DNA of 63,887 nt, filler included, from Nemertoderma westbladi (taxonomy: Eukaryota > Animalia > Xenacoelomorpha), in NCBI GenBank assembly GCA_032718475.1. It is 3 parts of 3 records of this genome, joined end to end, with 100 filler letters (N's around TTAATTAATTAA, not from the genome) between each part and the next. Parts side by side here need not be neighbours in the genome. Positions count along the whole stretch, not along the records: positions 1 to 18,348 come from JAUCBJ010003558.1; positions 18,449 to 45,942 come from JAUCBJ010005864.1; 1 more part is not named here. One strand, 5' to 3'. The position numbers were made by a program, and so were the translations under genes. Under the pieces are notes generated by a model, which had not been told where the DNA came from, ran no database searches, and worked only from the letters and a program-made list of their open reading frames with translations. Positions 13,616-27,127 of the stretch are shown here, piece after piece. Numbering within the stretch: position 1 is the first letter of the stretch; the number at the start of each line of letters is the position of its first letter.

Positions 13616-14539
13616 CCGGTGTAACAGGAAAATATGCCCCCCCGGGAAATGTGCCCGGGGGGGCATATTTTCCTAGGAAAAAATGCCCCCCCCGGGCAAA
13701 TTTCCCTAGGAAAAAATGCCCCCCTTAGGAAATTATGCCCCCCCTGAATTATACAATAAACAAAACTTATTACTACTAAAACTTACAAAAATTATACAAA
13801 ACAATAAACAGTAACTTTACCAAATGAAGGAAAGGAGCAGGTTACAGAGGCAGGCCTTTCTAACAAAACAATAAACGATCATTTAACTAATTGAGGGAAA
13901 GGAGCAGGTTACAGAGGCGGGATTTTCTAACCAAAACAATAAACAGTCACTTTAGCAAATCAGGGAAAGGAGCAGGTTACAGAGACGGGATTTTTTAACC
14001 AAAACAATAAACGATAACATTACCAATTGAGAGAAAGGAGCAGGTTACAGAGGCGGGATTTTCTAACCAAAACAATAAACAATCACTTTACCAAATCAGG
14101 GAAAGGAGCAGGTTACAGACTTAAAAAAGCTTGGAGCTGCTCCGGCGCCCACACAGCACACAACACCACACACTCGCACTGCTGTTATACCAGTACTTAC
14201 TACAGTAGCCTACTGACTTTGATACTTCAGTATGCTGCTCTACATCCCTTACTGCCTTACCTGCTTACCTACCGGCAGACCGGTACCGTACTATTCTTCC
14301 AACTATTACAAGTTCTGCAGTTGGTAGATTAAAAGTGGCTAGAAGCAGACCGGTATCGTACCAGTTTTCATACTTTTGAGGGGGGCTAATTTTCCTGAGG
14401 GGAGGCATTATTTACTAAGGAGAAAATGCCTCCCCGGGCTAAATTTCCTAGGAAAAATTGCCCGGGGGGACATAATATCCTAGGAAATAATGCCCCGGGG
14501 GGCATATTCTAGGGGGGGCTGATTTCCTTGTGACACCGG
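13616..14539. mobile_element. Non-autonomous TIR (foldback-like) element
   Basis: Ends CCGGTGTAACAGGAAA...TTTCCTTGTGACACCGG; subterminal palindromic TGCCCCCC/GGGGGGCA and CCTAGG repeats; about five internal ~65-bp tandem units. No TSD found. Confidence 0.8.
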
Positions 14540-15231
14540 TATCATATCTCAGTTAAATACAATAGATAATCAAATACCATATCGAACTAAATAAATCATA
14601 GAGCAAATCAATACATAAGAAGGAAAAGGGTAACTTAAATCGATCCAGTGAGCGGCCCTTCGTCGAAGGTATACTAGCGCCATTCCGCTCATTGTATCAG
14701 ACCAGCAATTTAAAGTCTACCTGCATGTGATTTCGGCACAACCTGTAAAGAGTCAAAATATACGAAGTTGAGATTGAAGGAACATATTTTTTATCAAATG
14801 CGCTAGCCCAAACTGCAGATGAATATATTCCTTGCCAAGTTTATTACTCTCTCACTCTATCCCAGACAGTAAGCAAATATCAACTGTTAGTTTGTAATAT
14901 ATTATCCCGCCAGCTGAATAGCTTTTCCCAGTGTGCCAAGCCAACTAATAGTATTACTGTATTATTGTAGTATAGTAGGTCTATACATGTTATTATAGCT
15001 CAAGCCAATCAGGGAGCTAATTGCCAGAACACGTTTTTCTTCATCATCACCATGTTGTTGTCCAAAAATCAGCGGTAAAAAGCTTATTTCTAAGAGCTTC
15101 ATAATTACAAAACAAGCAATGTACAGTATAAACAAATTATATTAAACAAGTACAGGTGAATTGTGTAGAATAATATGTAATTTGTATTCATATTATATTA
15201 TTATATAATGTGATAATCGTTCAAGATATTT

Positions 15232-17706
15232 TTAGGTGAAATTATCGAAGATGGATGTCGAGTGTTTGTAATCGTGGATGATCTTAAACACTTGTTTACC
15301 CGCTTCCGCCAGTACTTCTTGTGTGTCTCGAGAGTTAGACACCGGTTTATTATCATTATTCGCCAGCCGAATATGACGTAACATGCTGTTTGGCACATCC
15401 TTCACGTATATCCACTTGACTTCAAAGCATCCCTTCCACCTATCATGAGACCAGAAGTTGGTCACTCTGTCATAATCTACAGTGGACATCATTTGGGCGG
15501 CACCACAGAAGTTACCGGAACGATTAATGCTAAAGAACATAATGATAGGTCCCTTGTCCTTAAGCTCCTGATACGCTGCGTCTAGACGTTTGTTACCATC
15601 CTCCGTAGAACACCAGATGTTATATTTGATAGAGCAGTAAACATCAATCTCTGAGAATGATTTAATCACGAAGAACCGTGCTTTCTTCAAATTGATAGTC
15701 TGCAACTTGGGGTTGTAGCTAGTATGGCTTTTCAGTTCAACTGGCAGTTCCTCGGGTAATGTTTTCGATCCGTTCCCCGATCGACCACTTTTTGATACCA
15801 ATCCGAGTTTGTTCCCAGATCCATCCTCACTTACTCTGGGTCGTGATACCGACTGATGAGTCAGAGGAACCTCTGAAACAGTGCTAGAACAGGCATGGAA
15901 TTCTCCGACCACTGTGATCAAGTCTTCCTTACATGTGTGATTATCAACATCAACTTGTAATTGTTTTGCGTTGGTAACAATAACACTCTGATCAAATTTA
16001 AATTCACTAATTTCAATATTATATGTAGTGTCTTTTGTTATTTCTTTATTCTGATAATCACATTTGTAGTTATCAATCTCACTTTGTAATTGTTCTTCCT
16101 TTGAATCACAAACTACTTCCTCCCCAGCAGATGATTTGTGTGGGTAGCTGCCAGGGAAACAACCTCGGGATGCGTGATCACTAATATTGGTTGAAGCCAG
16201 ATCTACATGTGCATCTTCTGGTTTTGGTAAACCATAGAAGGGTCTTCCAATGGCTTCATGCTTTGCGGATGGGCCAGCTTTTCTTCCTAGCATTGAAGCC
16301 ATCATAGGTGAGATGATGGCTAATCCTGAAGGGGAGGTATCAAAATCGGGTTTTAATTTGTCAACTCCACCTACTGCGACTAATTTATCTTTTTTTATGA
16401 ATGTATTGATTTCAGTTGCACAGTTGTTAGTTTTTATCAATTTCAAATTACCATTGTCTATGTCTATCTCATCCAGTACGCCAAATTGTTCTGAATTATC
16501 AACAACAGCAGCATTTTCTTCCATCACATTATTCAATTCTATATTTGTGTCTCTATTTGTTATCAACCCGTCATTGCAATTTCGTTCATATAGGGCAATC
16601 AAACCTTGTAATTTTTCTACCTTACCAACTATAACTGCCTTTTCTTCTGTCAATTTTTCCATCTCAGATGTGACATTTCTATTTTTTATCAATTCCGCAT
16701 TATAATCTGCTCGGAATTTGTCTGCTTTACTTTGAAATTGTCTTACTTTAGCATCCAAGGCTACTTTTTCCTGAGCAAAATGAATTGATTCCGTTTTTAA
16801 TTCCTGATTATAATTTTCCTTGTATTCATTAATTTCACATTGTAATTTTTCCACTTTAGCTTCTGTAAGTAGTTTATCATCTGTTAATTTATTTAATTCC
16901 TTGTTCATGTTGTTAGTCTTTATTAATTCCTCATTATACTTTCTCACGTATTTTTCAATATCATCTTGTAATTGTTCTACTTTCGCATCAGAAGCGATCT
17001 TCTCGCCAAGTAATTTATCAACTAAGGTATGTAAATCCTTAATTTTAGCTATCATTTCATTATTGTTTAACGATTCTTTTTTAAGATATTCTTGGTTAAG
17101 TCTTTCGGCCTCAACCCCTGCAATGTCCATTACATTTGTAGCTGGTGTTAGTTTAACCTTGTGTTTCACAGCTTCTTCATGTTCAACAGATGTTGAAAGC
17201 TTTATAGGGTCATTCGTTTGGGCAACATCTTTATTCTTCATAATTTTATCACTAGTGTGGGCCTCAAATTTTGTATCATCAATATCATTCAATTCAAAAT
17301 TACCATGCACATGAGGGGTAATGTCATCGTTTTCTTTTAACTTCGCAAAATTTATTTCTGGTGCTTTAACAATTTCAATATTTGATATCTCATTAAATAT
17401 GTCGTCAAATCGACTAATAACAAATTTTGCTTCATCCAGTTTGCTAAGCAGAATAGCGTTATCTAAGGTAGAATAGTAATCAGAAAATGTTGGTATGTGG
17501 ATAGTATTAAGATGTTCTATAGATGATGCTATTTGTGATCTTGTCAAGCTTTGTATATTAGTTACATTATCTTTCAAACGATTTGCTGACCTTTTTAATT
17601 TTGAGAGCAAATTATCGTAATGCCTCTCAAGAGCCTGACTGCGTGAGCCTATTATTAGTATTGCAGTATTCAACCAGTACAGCAGTATTGCAGTTGCAGT
17701 TACCAA
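15232..17706 (-). CDS. YTHDF-type YTH-domain protein with N-terminal coiled-coil repeats; start uncertain (TTG at 17706, first ATG at 17241, or an upstream exon)
   Basis: 824-codon open frame; C-terminal [11 protein letters not shown]...IWCST...[24 protein letters not shown]...[13 protein letters not shown]...TSIFDNF matches YTHDF family motifs. Confidence 0.9.
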   Translation of the reverse strand: MVTATAILLYWLNTAILIIGSRSQALERHYDNLLSKLKRSANRLKDNVTNIQSLTRSQIASSIEHLNTIHIPTFSDYYSTLDNAILLSKLDEAKFVISRFDDIFNEISNIEIVKAPEINFAKLKENDDITPHVHGNFELNDIDDTKFEAHTSDKIMKNKDVAQTNDPIKLSTSVEHEEAVKHKVKLTPATNVMDIAGVEAERLNQEYLKKESLNNNEMIAKIKDLHTLVDKLLGEKIASDAKVEQLQDDIEKYVRKYNEELIKTNNMNKELNKLTDDKLLTEAKVEKLQCEINEYKENYNQELKTESIHFAQEKVALDAKVRQFQSKADKFRADYNAELIKNRNVTSEMEKLTEEKAVIVGKVEKLQGLIALYERNCNDGLITNRDTNIELNNVMEENAAVVDNSEQFGVLDEIDIDNGNLKLIKTNNCATEINTFIKKDKLVAVGGVDKLKPDFDTSPSGLAIISPMMASMLGRKAGPSAKHEAIGRPFYGLPKPEDAHVDLASTNISDHASRGCFPGSYPHKSSAGEEVVCDSKEEQLQSEIDNYKCDYQNKEITKDTTYNIEISEFKFDQSVIVTNAKQLQVDVDNHTCKEDLITVVGEFHACSSTVSEVPLTHQSVSRPRVSEDGSGNKLGLVSKSGRSGNGSKTLPEELPVELKSHTSYNPKLQTINLKKARFFVIKSFSEIDVYCSIKYNIWCSTEDGNKRLDAAYQELKDKGPIIMFFSINRSGNFCGAAQMMSTVDYDRVTNFWSHDRWKGCFEVKWIYVKDVPNSMLRHIRLANNDNKPVSNSRDTQEVLAEAGKQVFKIIHDYKHSTSIFDNFT

Positions 17707-17791
17707 TACTTATTACATTTTACAAATTATAAAGTTTGATTTCTTCAGTACTCCAGGCTACCTGCTGACCTGGCAGCTTGTGGGCTTGATT

Positions 17792-18348
17792 ATGTCTAAT
17801 TCCAATAAAAATGGTAGTATCTTGTTTCACAGTCCACATTCTCAAGCTTCAAATGATTGCGGCGACTGCGGTATGTCGTGTCAGTCTAAGTGTTCTCTCG
17901 ACGATCACCATCTATTAACTGGCCACAGGACTGACTCTGGTAGCGATATTAGCCGCACCTCGCGAGGTTCCTGCGGGACGTGCGGTCGGGAGGAGATTTA
18001 TTTAAAGGAAGGCGAGGACTGTTCGGTTTGCGTAGAGGAACTAATCACTCTTGGTTCCTCATCGCCATCTCCTAGAGAGGGAGGTGCGCCGGTACATCCC
18101 AGGCCCACCCGCCTTTCTACCGCTCCGTCTACGGCGGGTAGACCTAGACAGGTTCCAAACCAATCATCTATTGGGGGTTTTTCGGCTGTTAACACTCGTA
18201 AGAGTAAGTCAAAACCAACTGAACCAGCTACCGCCATCAGACCGGCAAAACTATCTAAGAAACCTTCTACATCCTCTACATCAACGACAATCCACAAGGT
18301 ACCAAAGGGGGTGAAGGGGGCAAGTAAATCAGACACTTCACCGAAGGA
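17792..18348 (+). CDS. Partial ORF with a C2H2-like finger and a Cys cluster, cut by the contig end; possibly a TE ORF
   Basis: ATG at 17792; CGDCGMSCQSKCSLDDHHLLTGH and CGTC...CSVC followed by an S/T/K/P-rich region. Confidence 0.4.
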
Positions 18349-18448
18349 NNNNNNNNNNNNNNNNNNNNNNNNNNNNNNNNNNNNNNNNNNNNTTAATTAA
18401 TTAANNNNNNNNNNNNNNNNNNNNNNNNNNNNNNNNNNNNNNNNNNNN
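18349..18448. other. Artificial contig linker
   Basis: 44 N + TTAATTAATTAA (six-frame stop) + 44 N. Confidence 0.98.
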
Positions 18449-19295
18449 TTTATTTTGCAACATTTGTGCTTAAATAGGGCCTACATTGATCTGTTAATTT
18501 AGTTTGCAGTATTTTTTTAAATTTTATCTTACTTAATTAAACCTTGATTTTGCAAAATTTGTGCTTAAATTCATTGATTTAATTTTCAGTTTTTTCTAAA
18601 ATATCTTGTCTTACTTACTGGAGTCAGGATTTCACAATGCAATGAAAGTGGAAAGTCTCTTTCGTTTTTAAAGTGCAATTTAACTTGTTAACTAGGCTAG
18701 GCCTATTGTTATAAGTTAGATTTTCTAAAATATTTTTTCATCTTTACTTAAACCTTAAATTTGCAAAATTTGTGCTTATATTCATTGTTTTAGTTTGCAG
18801 TTTTTTTAAAAATGTATTGTCTTACTTATTGGTGTCATGATGGCACTATGCAATGAAGGTCTTTTCCGTTTTTAAAGTGCAATTTAACTTGTTAAATATT
18901 TAATATTTTGTCATAAAAAATTGAGTTAATTTTAATTTTAGCCATAATTTTATATCCCCATTAGGTGGGGACTTCGTTCTTTTTTTAAAATTTCCAAGAT
19001 GTATCAAGTCACCCCCACAGCCTACAACATGATCCAAACTCATTCACAGAGTGGTATTATTGCGGAAAATTTGCTCGTGTATCAAGTCACCCCATTAGGT
19101 GGGGTGACTTGATACAGCTGGTTTTTTGAAAAAAAACACCACTAGACTAAGCACCTGAAATCGTGCTTTAGTCTAGTGGTGTAGTACTCATCCCGACTAT
19201 AAAATTGTCTTTTTATTCCATCTGTGTAGGATAAAAACTTCAAAAGATATTCACAGTTAAAGGCAAAAACTGTATCAAGTCACCCCGTTTTACGG
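18449..19295. mobile_element. One end of a TA-targeting pogo/Tc1-mariner-like MITE
   Basis: Ends ...TGTATCAAGTCACCCCGTTTTACGG|TA, with subterminal GTATCAAGTCACCCC repeats in both orientations (19001-19115). The other end is not seen before the gap. Confidence 0.6.
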
Positions 19296-20437
19296 TATAC
19301 CTGTACAGCATGTACAGTACTGCAGTGTTGCAGTCGTGCGGTGCTGCAGACTAGCCGCGGTGATACTGCTATATACTGATATAGGCCTAGCTCCGATCTA
19401 TAGTCAGATTCAGATAGTATAGGCCTACCTGTATACCGGTACATGGTATAGCAGTATAGCAAGGTCCACGCTGCCAGGAGTCTGGCCAGCTGGCAGTCTG
19501 GTCTCAGCCTCAGGCTGTCAGGCGATCAGAGTCTGGTGCAGGTCTGTCTTTCAACTGTTCAACGTTCAGACGTTAGGCTGTTAGGTAGTTCAGTTAGGTA
19601 CCGGGTACCGGTCTGCCGGTACTGCCACTGCCTGACTGCTGCGCTTGGTTTGCAGGGCTGCAGGCAGGGGTTGTGTGTGACGTGTGACTGTGAATGCTGG
19701 AATGGATTTCAGCTGGAGAGGAGTGTTGGACTGTGAAATACCGGTACCTGGCACTAGCACTAGGAATCGACCGGCAACCTGGCAACCGGTTCGCGAATTT
19801 TGGCCGGTACCGGTGCAGGCCAAAATGCAGGCAGGCAGGCCGGTTCTAAAAAAAACCGGCCTAACTGTCTGACCGGAAACGGTACAGGCTGACAGGGCCG
19901 GATTTTCATATTTATTTCATTGTTAATTAGATGCTGAGTTGGTACCGTATGTCAAAAATCGTGATACCGGCTGACCGGCGCCTGAAAGGCAGAAAGGTAA
20001 CATTACACTGTTACAGCATTTACCGTACTGCATCAGAACTGTAGTTTATTAATGCGTGTATTATACAGTTATATAGGCTTAGGCCTATGTCAGTATGTAA
20101 TATGCCTGTATGCTATATATTGAGCTAATAGCTATCAGGCGATATGGCTGTATGGCTTTATAGAGACGGATTTCTGGGTTGAAAAATTTGTACCGGTATC
20201 CGTTTATGTGGTTTGTGCTACCTACAGAATAAATCAATGTTTTCTGAAAAATGTTTACCTCAGACTTTTTACAGTTTTATGAGGGATTATGACTGATAAA
20301 CTGATAAAAATATTGATGACGCTCTGACCTCTGACACTCTAAATGGAAATTTGAAAAGTATATTTTTAAGAAGCACTCTAATGGCTGGGGGCGCTGCGCA
20401 AAACACACATGGCAGCATGGGCTTTCTATTACATTAT

Positions 20438-21063
20438 GGGTGACAGACCGAACGTAATCAGGATCGAATGTAACATAGTTTTTACGAATCGAACGTAACC
20501 TCAATTACTGAATTATGTTACATTTGATCCTATAACTAACTATGTTACATTCTATCTACAAATTACTACCGGTACTGTACTAAGCTCGAATGTAACATTG
20601 CCATTTATTTCAGTTGTGTTTTGATTTCAGGAGTTAACTGATGAAATGCTTCGTTTATTTACAGGAAGAAAAAGTTTGATGTTGGTGAGTACAAAACAAA
20701 GACCCAAGACCCAATTACGTAACCTGCATAATCTTGTACCCATGTGTTAACTTGCCGTAACTTTCGTTTATTGTTTTGGTTCCCCCAACACGCCTCTGTA
20801 ACCTGCTCCTTTCAGCCTTTAAATAAAAGTAACCTGCATAATCTTGTAACATGTGTTAACTTTCGTTTATTGTTTTGGTTCCCCCTACGCCTCTGTAACT
20901 TGCTCCTTTAAATCTGTAAATGGCAATGTTACATTCGAGCTTAGTAATTTCTAGATCGAATGTAACATAGTTATAGCAGGATCCAATGTAACATAATTGC
21001 AGTTACGTTCGATACGTAATAACTATATTACATTCGATCCTGATTACGTTCGGTCATGTATCC
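20438..21063. mobile_element. MULE-like MITE
   Basis: ~150-bp TIRs built from ATCGAATGTAACAT repeats; 9-bp flanks TTACATTAT / TTACATTAG (8/9 match). Confidence 0.85.
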
Positions 21064-21253
21064 TTACATTAGGCCTACTGCATTTAGTAGTTTGAAAATA
21101 ATACAATGTTTTTTTCCAAAATTGTAACATTACTCAACGCCGTTAGTCAGTTAGTATTAACAGCGAGTTGTTCAGTTGTTAGTTAGCACTTTACAACTTT
21201 AGAGGACATTACAGCATTGTATTGGCCTGTACATTTAGTATTGTATGTGGTAT

Positions 21254-21357
21254 AATTGTTTACATGGTAGTAACCCATGCCGGCGTTAAGTAATGTCCAC
21301 TAAGGGGACATTACTTAACGCCGTCATTGGATACGGTACCATGTAGCCTAAACAATA
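21254..21357. repeat. Short imperfect palindrome (hairpin or mini-MITE)
   Basis: CGGCGTTAAGTAATGTCC...GGACATTACTTAACGCCG core with outer TACATGGTA/TACCATGTA and ATTGTTTA/TAAACAAT arms. Confidence 0.75.
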
Positions 21358-21799
21358 AGTGGAATTTGCCTGACAGCCAGACTGCAGATAGGCCTACTGC
21401 ATTACCTTCCTGTAGGTGGGGTATAGCTAGCAAGTAGGGCATAGCTATATTCCTATATTATTATAACATGGTTCCAAACGCCACCATAAATATAAGCTAA
21501 CTTATTTATAACATAATTTATGTCATTTGTACATTTATTTATACAGCAACTAATATAATTTGTGCAGTTTCTATCACTTATAATGTATATGTACAATCAT
21601 TTCGTAATGTTAAAATTGTGGAATAAAACTACATACATACTTGTTGCAAAGTACTTTACAGTGTTCTGATCCTCGTGGCTTTATTTTCACTCACTCACTA
21701 ACGTTCGTTCGTGTAACAAAGTTTCGAACACATAATATACAGAACAGATTATATTAGATTATATATTAGATCATTAGATTATCATATAATATACAGACA

Positions 21800-23260
21800 A
21801 ATGATGTCCTACTACAACTATACAGCCAAAAAGATACTTAGTGACATGCAATCGGGATACCGAGAAGGTTACTCTAGCCAGACTGTCCTATCATATATAG
21901 ATAACTATATTAATTGTGGGATGGATGACGGACAACTGACTGGTATGGTTCTAGTGGACTTGCGAAAGGCTTTTGACACCATCGACCAAAAGATCTTACT
22001 TATGAAATTAAAACATATTGGACCAGACGAAAATGCATTGAAATGGTTTGAATCATACCTTTCTAACAGAAAACAACTTGTATCCATCAACAATGTGCGC
22101 TCACGAACTAGGGATGTCAGCCACGGTTTTCCACAGGGAGGGATACTTGGACCATTACTGTTTATTAGCTACAACAACGATGTCGACCTAGCAACAGAAT
22201 GCCCAACGCCGACAATAGCTGATGATACAGCAATGTTTGAAATCTGGTAGGGCCTTCTACAGTCAGCACTATATCAGATATACTGACAAAGAATATAAAT
22301 AACTTAGCAATATGGCTGATAGATAACAGGCTCAGCATGCACTTAGGAAAGACAGAGACGATCTTGTTTGGTACCAGACAGAAGCTGCTTACATCTGATA
22401 AATTAGAGATTACATGTAATGGTAATTTAATACCAGTAGGTTGCCAGCTGGACCAAACATTGTCCGGTAAAGAAATGGCCGAAAGTGTAGTAAGGAAAGG
22501 TAACCAGAGGATACGTTTTTCATATCGCTATGCTAATGTACTAGACTCGGGACTGCGGCGAATGCTTCAATAAATTGGTACTTTGGAACAACGGCTAGAT
22601 GGTGGAAGAAGATAGATGTGCTTCAATGGAAGTGCATTCGCTTCTGTCTTTTTCTGGGCGATCGAGTGCACATTGACCATTCACACTACTCTAGAATAAA
22701 CTGGCTCCCAATCCGTGAGAGGGTTCACCAAGGTATCGTGACCAGCATGTATAAGATATATCGTGGAACTTCACCTGGCTATCTAACAGAACTCATTGAA
22801 TATTGGGGAACTCGTACCTCTTCACAACACGCGACTAAATCAAAAGCAACAATTCCTACCGGCACACAAAACTTCGTTCTCATCACTGGGTCCCCGTCTA
22901 TGGAATAAGTTGCCCACAAACGTCACATCGGCAACCAGTGTCGAGTCGTTTAAGCATCTCGTGAAAAATTACTAGGCCTATTTAGATCGTATTCGTACCA
23001 CAGACAACATTGACCATGACCATGTATGGTAAACACCACATTCATATATTTTAACTATTTTAATTTATCACATTCCTTTTTTTATCATATATTTAACTAT
23101 TTTTAAGTTATATTTATATGTATATTTTGTATATTTATAAGTTATGTTATTAAATTTTATAACTATTTAAATGGCAGTTCAATTTTATTTTAATATACTT
23201 TTTAACGAGGACCCCCTTGGAGACGAGGTCTTTACCTCAAGGGGCATTCCTTGAGGCTAA
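21800..23260 (+). mobile_element. 5'-truncated L2/Crack-like LINE (RT remnant + 3' UTR)
   Basis: QSGYR, VLVDLRKAFDTID, WFESYLSNRKQ, GFPQGGILGPLLF, ADDT, LHLGKTE.ILFGT-type motifs in broken frames; AT-rich UTR and a GAGGACCCCCTTGGAG...AAGGGGCATTCCT terminal stem. Confidence 0.85.
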
Positions 23261-24493
23261 TATACACCATACCAGCCAACACATTTTAATCTACATACAA
23301 TTTTAAATAATCAAGGTACGAAAGAAATACTTTTTAATCTACATACAAATTTTAAATTCAACCTGTGATTCTAATTAATTGGTACTATAAATTGAATATT
23401 TTCAGTCATTTTAATGTGATTTTAAGGGTGATTTTAAAGTGATTTTAAGCATGATTTTAATGTGATTTTAAGCGTGATTTTAACTTATAACTTAGACTGC
23501 ATACATTCATAAATTCGATTCGTGATTTTAATTAATTTGTGTTACCGAGCTTTTAACCTACATACGTATTCTTTTTAAAATTCAATTTGTGATTTTAACT
23601 AATTAGATTTTGTGCCTTGTGTTAAATCAGTGTTAACTACTTTCAGTTTGTCGTGCTCGTGCATATCTTTACCAGTTGTTGTTTCGTTCCTCTACAATAT
23701 TAGTCTACTCAATAAATAATCTCAATCTCATACCTGCTACCTACCTGTACCTCTACAGGTAATACTGTAATAATAAATCCTAATATTAAAACCTAATTGC
23801 CAATTGCCATCCCTGCGTCTTGGGGGCCTTCTGGCTCTGGGCCTCCTGCCCTTTTCAAATTTTAGGGTTGAATTTACAACTTAAAAGTTGAATTTTAAAA
23901 GAAAGTTTTAAATTTCAACTCAGTTGAAATATGAATTTCAGAACTTCTCCCCGACTGGATGATACATGGATACCGGTATTGTGATTCTGTGCTGCTGTGA
24001 TTGTTATTGTAAATTGTCTTTCTACATTCTACCATTCTATAATTTTTATCTTATTGTTGGGTTGCTGTGTTTCCAAAATAATCTAACTGACTGACTAAAT
24101 AAGATGTTGGGAAATTTTACTTATTAAAAAATTAAAAACCCAATATTTGAAATAGTTCGTAGAAATGGAAAGTACCGTAATAATAGTGAGCGAAGGTGGT
24201 TCGAGTTTTCGTACCTACAGACAGTAGCTGTAGCCTGCCTTGCACCTGTTACCGGTACCGTAACGGTGCCTGTAAATAACTTTGTATTTAACAGTTTAAT
24301 GTGATATATATATACATACAGGATATAGACTGTTTGGATTCCGATTTACTGCGGTACTGATCCAAAATGTAGACTATTTAAATGATTTCCGACTACAAAC
24401 AAATACATGAAATATTATATATATTAATTAATATATATACAACACCGCAATCGTTACTATATTTTTAAACTCAAGCAGTCAAAGCTAAAACTC

Positions 24494-27127
24494 ATGGCAT
24501 CGCCGAATGGAATCAGTCTAGAGGATTGCCATTCCAACAGCTTTGTCTTGGCAGATTTGAGTGGCATTAAATATAAACGCTACGGGCATTGCAGTTCCGT
24601 AGCGTTGCCGCCATTTAACGATCCAACCCTTATATCCTTCACTTCCCTGCTCGCTTCCGATCTCCTGTGCTCATGGCGACGGGTTCCAACTCTAACCTTC
24701 TCAACAATGACCGACGAGTTTGGCAATGTGATCCCACAGACGCCCCAACCAAACGTCGGATTCAGCAAGGAACTCTATATATTCTACTACGGGGAACAGC
24801 CGCAACGCTTAGCGGAGATTATAGACGAGAATATGAAGGAATTGGAAAAGGGTTCCTGGGAGACTGGTTTATCTTACGAATGCCGCACCAGTTTGTTCAA
24901 GGCCCTTTACATCCTCTTAGAGAGATATCTACTGGCGGAGGACCATCTTCGTATTGGTTCCTGGTTTATGCGACCCCTTAGCAACAACGGCGTAAAATCT
25001 TCTCACGAGAAATCCAAATATTTTTCCTTCTCTTTCTCTTTCTTCCTCCACGGGGAATCTACGGTTTGCACCTCGGTTGACGTTGAGTTGCACTCGCCGG
25101 TGCGGCGGGTCACCAAGAACGATCTCCACACGGCGTTGCGTTCGACTTCCGGCCTCCCAGTGGTTCTCTGTCCCTTCGGGTTGAACGCGACGCTAACCGG
25201 GGCACCGGGCGCGGACGCAGAGTGCGGCTCGGTTCTGGACGAGTGGACTCAGTTCTACCCGGTGGGGGTGGATGACCGCTACTGCGTCGAGGTGCTGATG
25301 GGCAATCAACGGATGTTCTACCCCGCGGGTTACGTCGTTTTGCTCAACGACACGGCCCCAAAGGGAGACGAAACGCACGCCCCTAACGAGCGAGCGGTGG
25401 ACTCAGGCTGCTCGGACCAGCTCGCCGCGCTCGGTCTCTCAACCAACTCGTGGCTGAGCAGCCGCGTAGACAGACAGATGCCATCCCAGGAGTCACCGAC
25501 CGGCCGCTCCTACTGGGGCTTCGTGGGCACCTCGCCCTGCAAACAGCCCTGCTGCTGCGCCCGGGTGTCCCCCACGCCGCCCCCTCGCCCCCTTCCGGAC
25601 AGTGCCGCGGGCCCCCTCGCCCCCTCCAGCGCCCACCATCAGCCCCTTAGCTGCGGTGCCCCCCCGAGCCCCCCCTGCCCCGCCCCCCCGGCCCCCTTCG
25701 ACGCACCCAACTCGGCCCCCCCGTCTCTCGATTTCACTAAACTAGAACCGCCGGGCTCCCCGAATAAATCCCCCCCGACGGCCCTCTGTACGCCCCCCGA
25801 AGTGCCCCCTTCGAGCCCCCCGCCCCCCTCCTACTCGGCCACCACCCCCAAGGACTTTACTAACCAACTCAAACGCAAATGTTACTTCGATTCGCTCGCC
25901 AATAAAGTCTTCATCCAGTCCCGAAGCGCTTCCAGCGGGGCCTCGGGGAAGATTCACCCGCCCCATTTGGATCCGGTTTGTCCGGTGGAGGCCGACTGGC
26001 CGACAGAGTTGCCCCCCACGATGCGCCCCCGTGCCCCCTTCTCGACTCCCTTTAAGCGGCGAAAACCCTCGGTCCACTCGGTCCCGTCCCTCCGGCCGGC
26101 TCTACCGCCACCCGAACCCGTCGTTAAGACCCAGGTCTCTCCCAACGCCGTCTACCCCCCGACCGGCGCCCCCGTTATGTTGGCCCCCAACTTCCCGTCG
26201 GCGCCCCCTTCCCCCTGCCACCCCCGCGGCGCGGCGATGGACCCCGGTGGCGCGGTATGGCGCGGCTTCGCGCCGCCTCCCCAGTCCATCAGCCCCATCG
26301 GCTCCTACTCGCCCGGGGGGGCCACCATGCCGCCCCACTACGGGCCGCCCCACCCACGGGGGGGCCACCACGACCCCTACGAGTTTAACGACGAAGTCCC
26401 CCCGCCGCCGACCAGCGGTGCGGGGGGCATCGGACGTGGGCGCGCGCGTGGCGGGGCGCGCGGACGCCAGCCGGGCACCGGGCGCGGAAGGGGCGCAAAA
26501 CGGGAGCCGAAACGCCGCTCTCAGGACGGCGGCGACTTTATACTGAACGCGCCGACCCGCGGCGGCCCGATGACGCCTCCGTTCAGCCCCGCTGCCCCCC
26601 CTGGGCCCCCCTCGGACCCCCGCTTCTACTCCTCCATGATGGGACCCCCGCAACCCGGGGGCGGCGACTTGGACCACCTCCCCCTGATGGCGCCGCCCCC
26701 CAGTCCGTTCTACGAGGTCCCCTTCACCCCCTCGCAGTGCTCCCCGGGGGCAGCCCCCCTCCCCTACCGACCGCCCCCGCCCCCCTACATGCCGTACAAC
26801 CAACGCAGCCCATGGCTGCCCCCCGACCACTCCCCCCGCCGCCCCGGGCCCCCCTGGCCCCCCCATCAGGAGATCTCCTCCCCCCAGGGCTCCTCTCATC
26901 CCCTGTGGGGGAGGAGTCCCTTCCCCCCGGCTCCCCCCCATCCCTACAGCTCCCACGGCTCGGGGATCGCCCAACAATTGGCGCTAATGAAACGGGAGTT
27001 GGGTTACGTTACCCATGACAACGGACCCTTCCAGTCTGATGTCTCGAACGGGTTTCAGTTGAACGGACCCATTAAGGCTCCCGGTCCCGTCGGGCTAGGC
27101 AATCTACTCAATGCTAACGACCTGCAG
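24494..27127 (+). CDS. MED13: Mediator kinase-module subunit 13, coding exon 1 (878 codons)
   Basis: N-terminus NGISLEDCHSNSFVLADLSGIK, WETGLSYECRTSLFKAL, FFLHGESTVCTSVDV, VVLCPFGL, HDPYEF; donor CAG|GTTAGT at 27127/27128, phase 0. Confidence 0.93.

Noticed and set aside
15722-15732. GTATGGCTTTT in the YTH ORF matching the RTE TSD
   Set aside because: An 11-bp match with non-homologous flanks; probably chance.
16250-17314. Hydrophobic + strand ORFs resembling membrane proteins
   Set aside because: Antisense shadows of the K/E/N-rich coiled-coil ORF.
18393-18404. TTAATTAATTAA palindrome in both gaps
   Set aside because: Synthetic six-frame-stop linker; it also voids any YTH-MED13 synteny argument.
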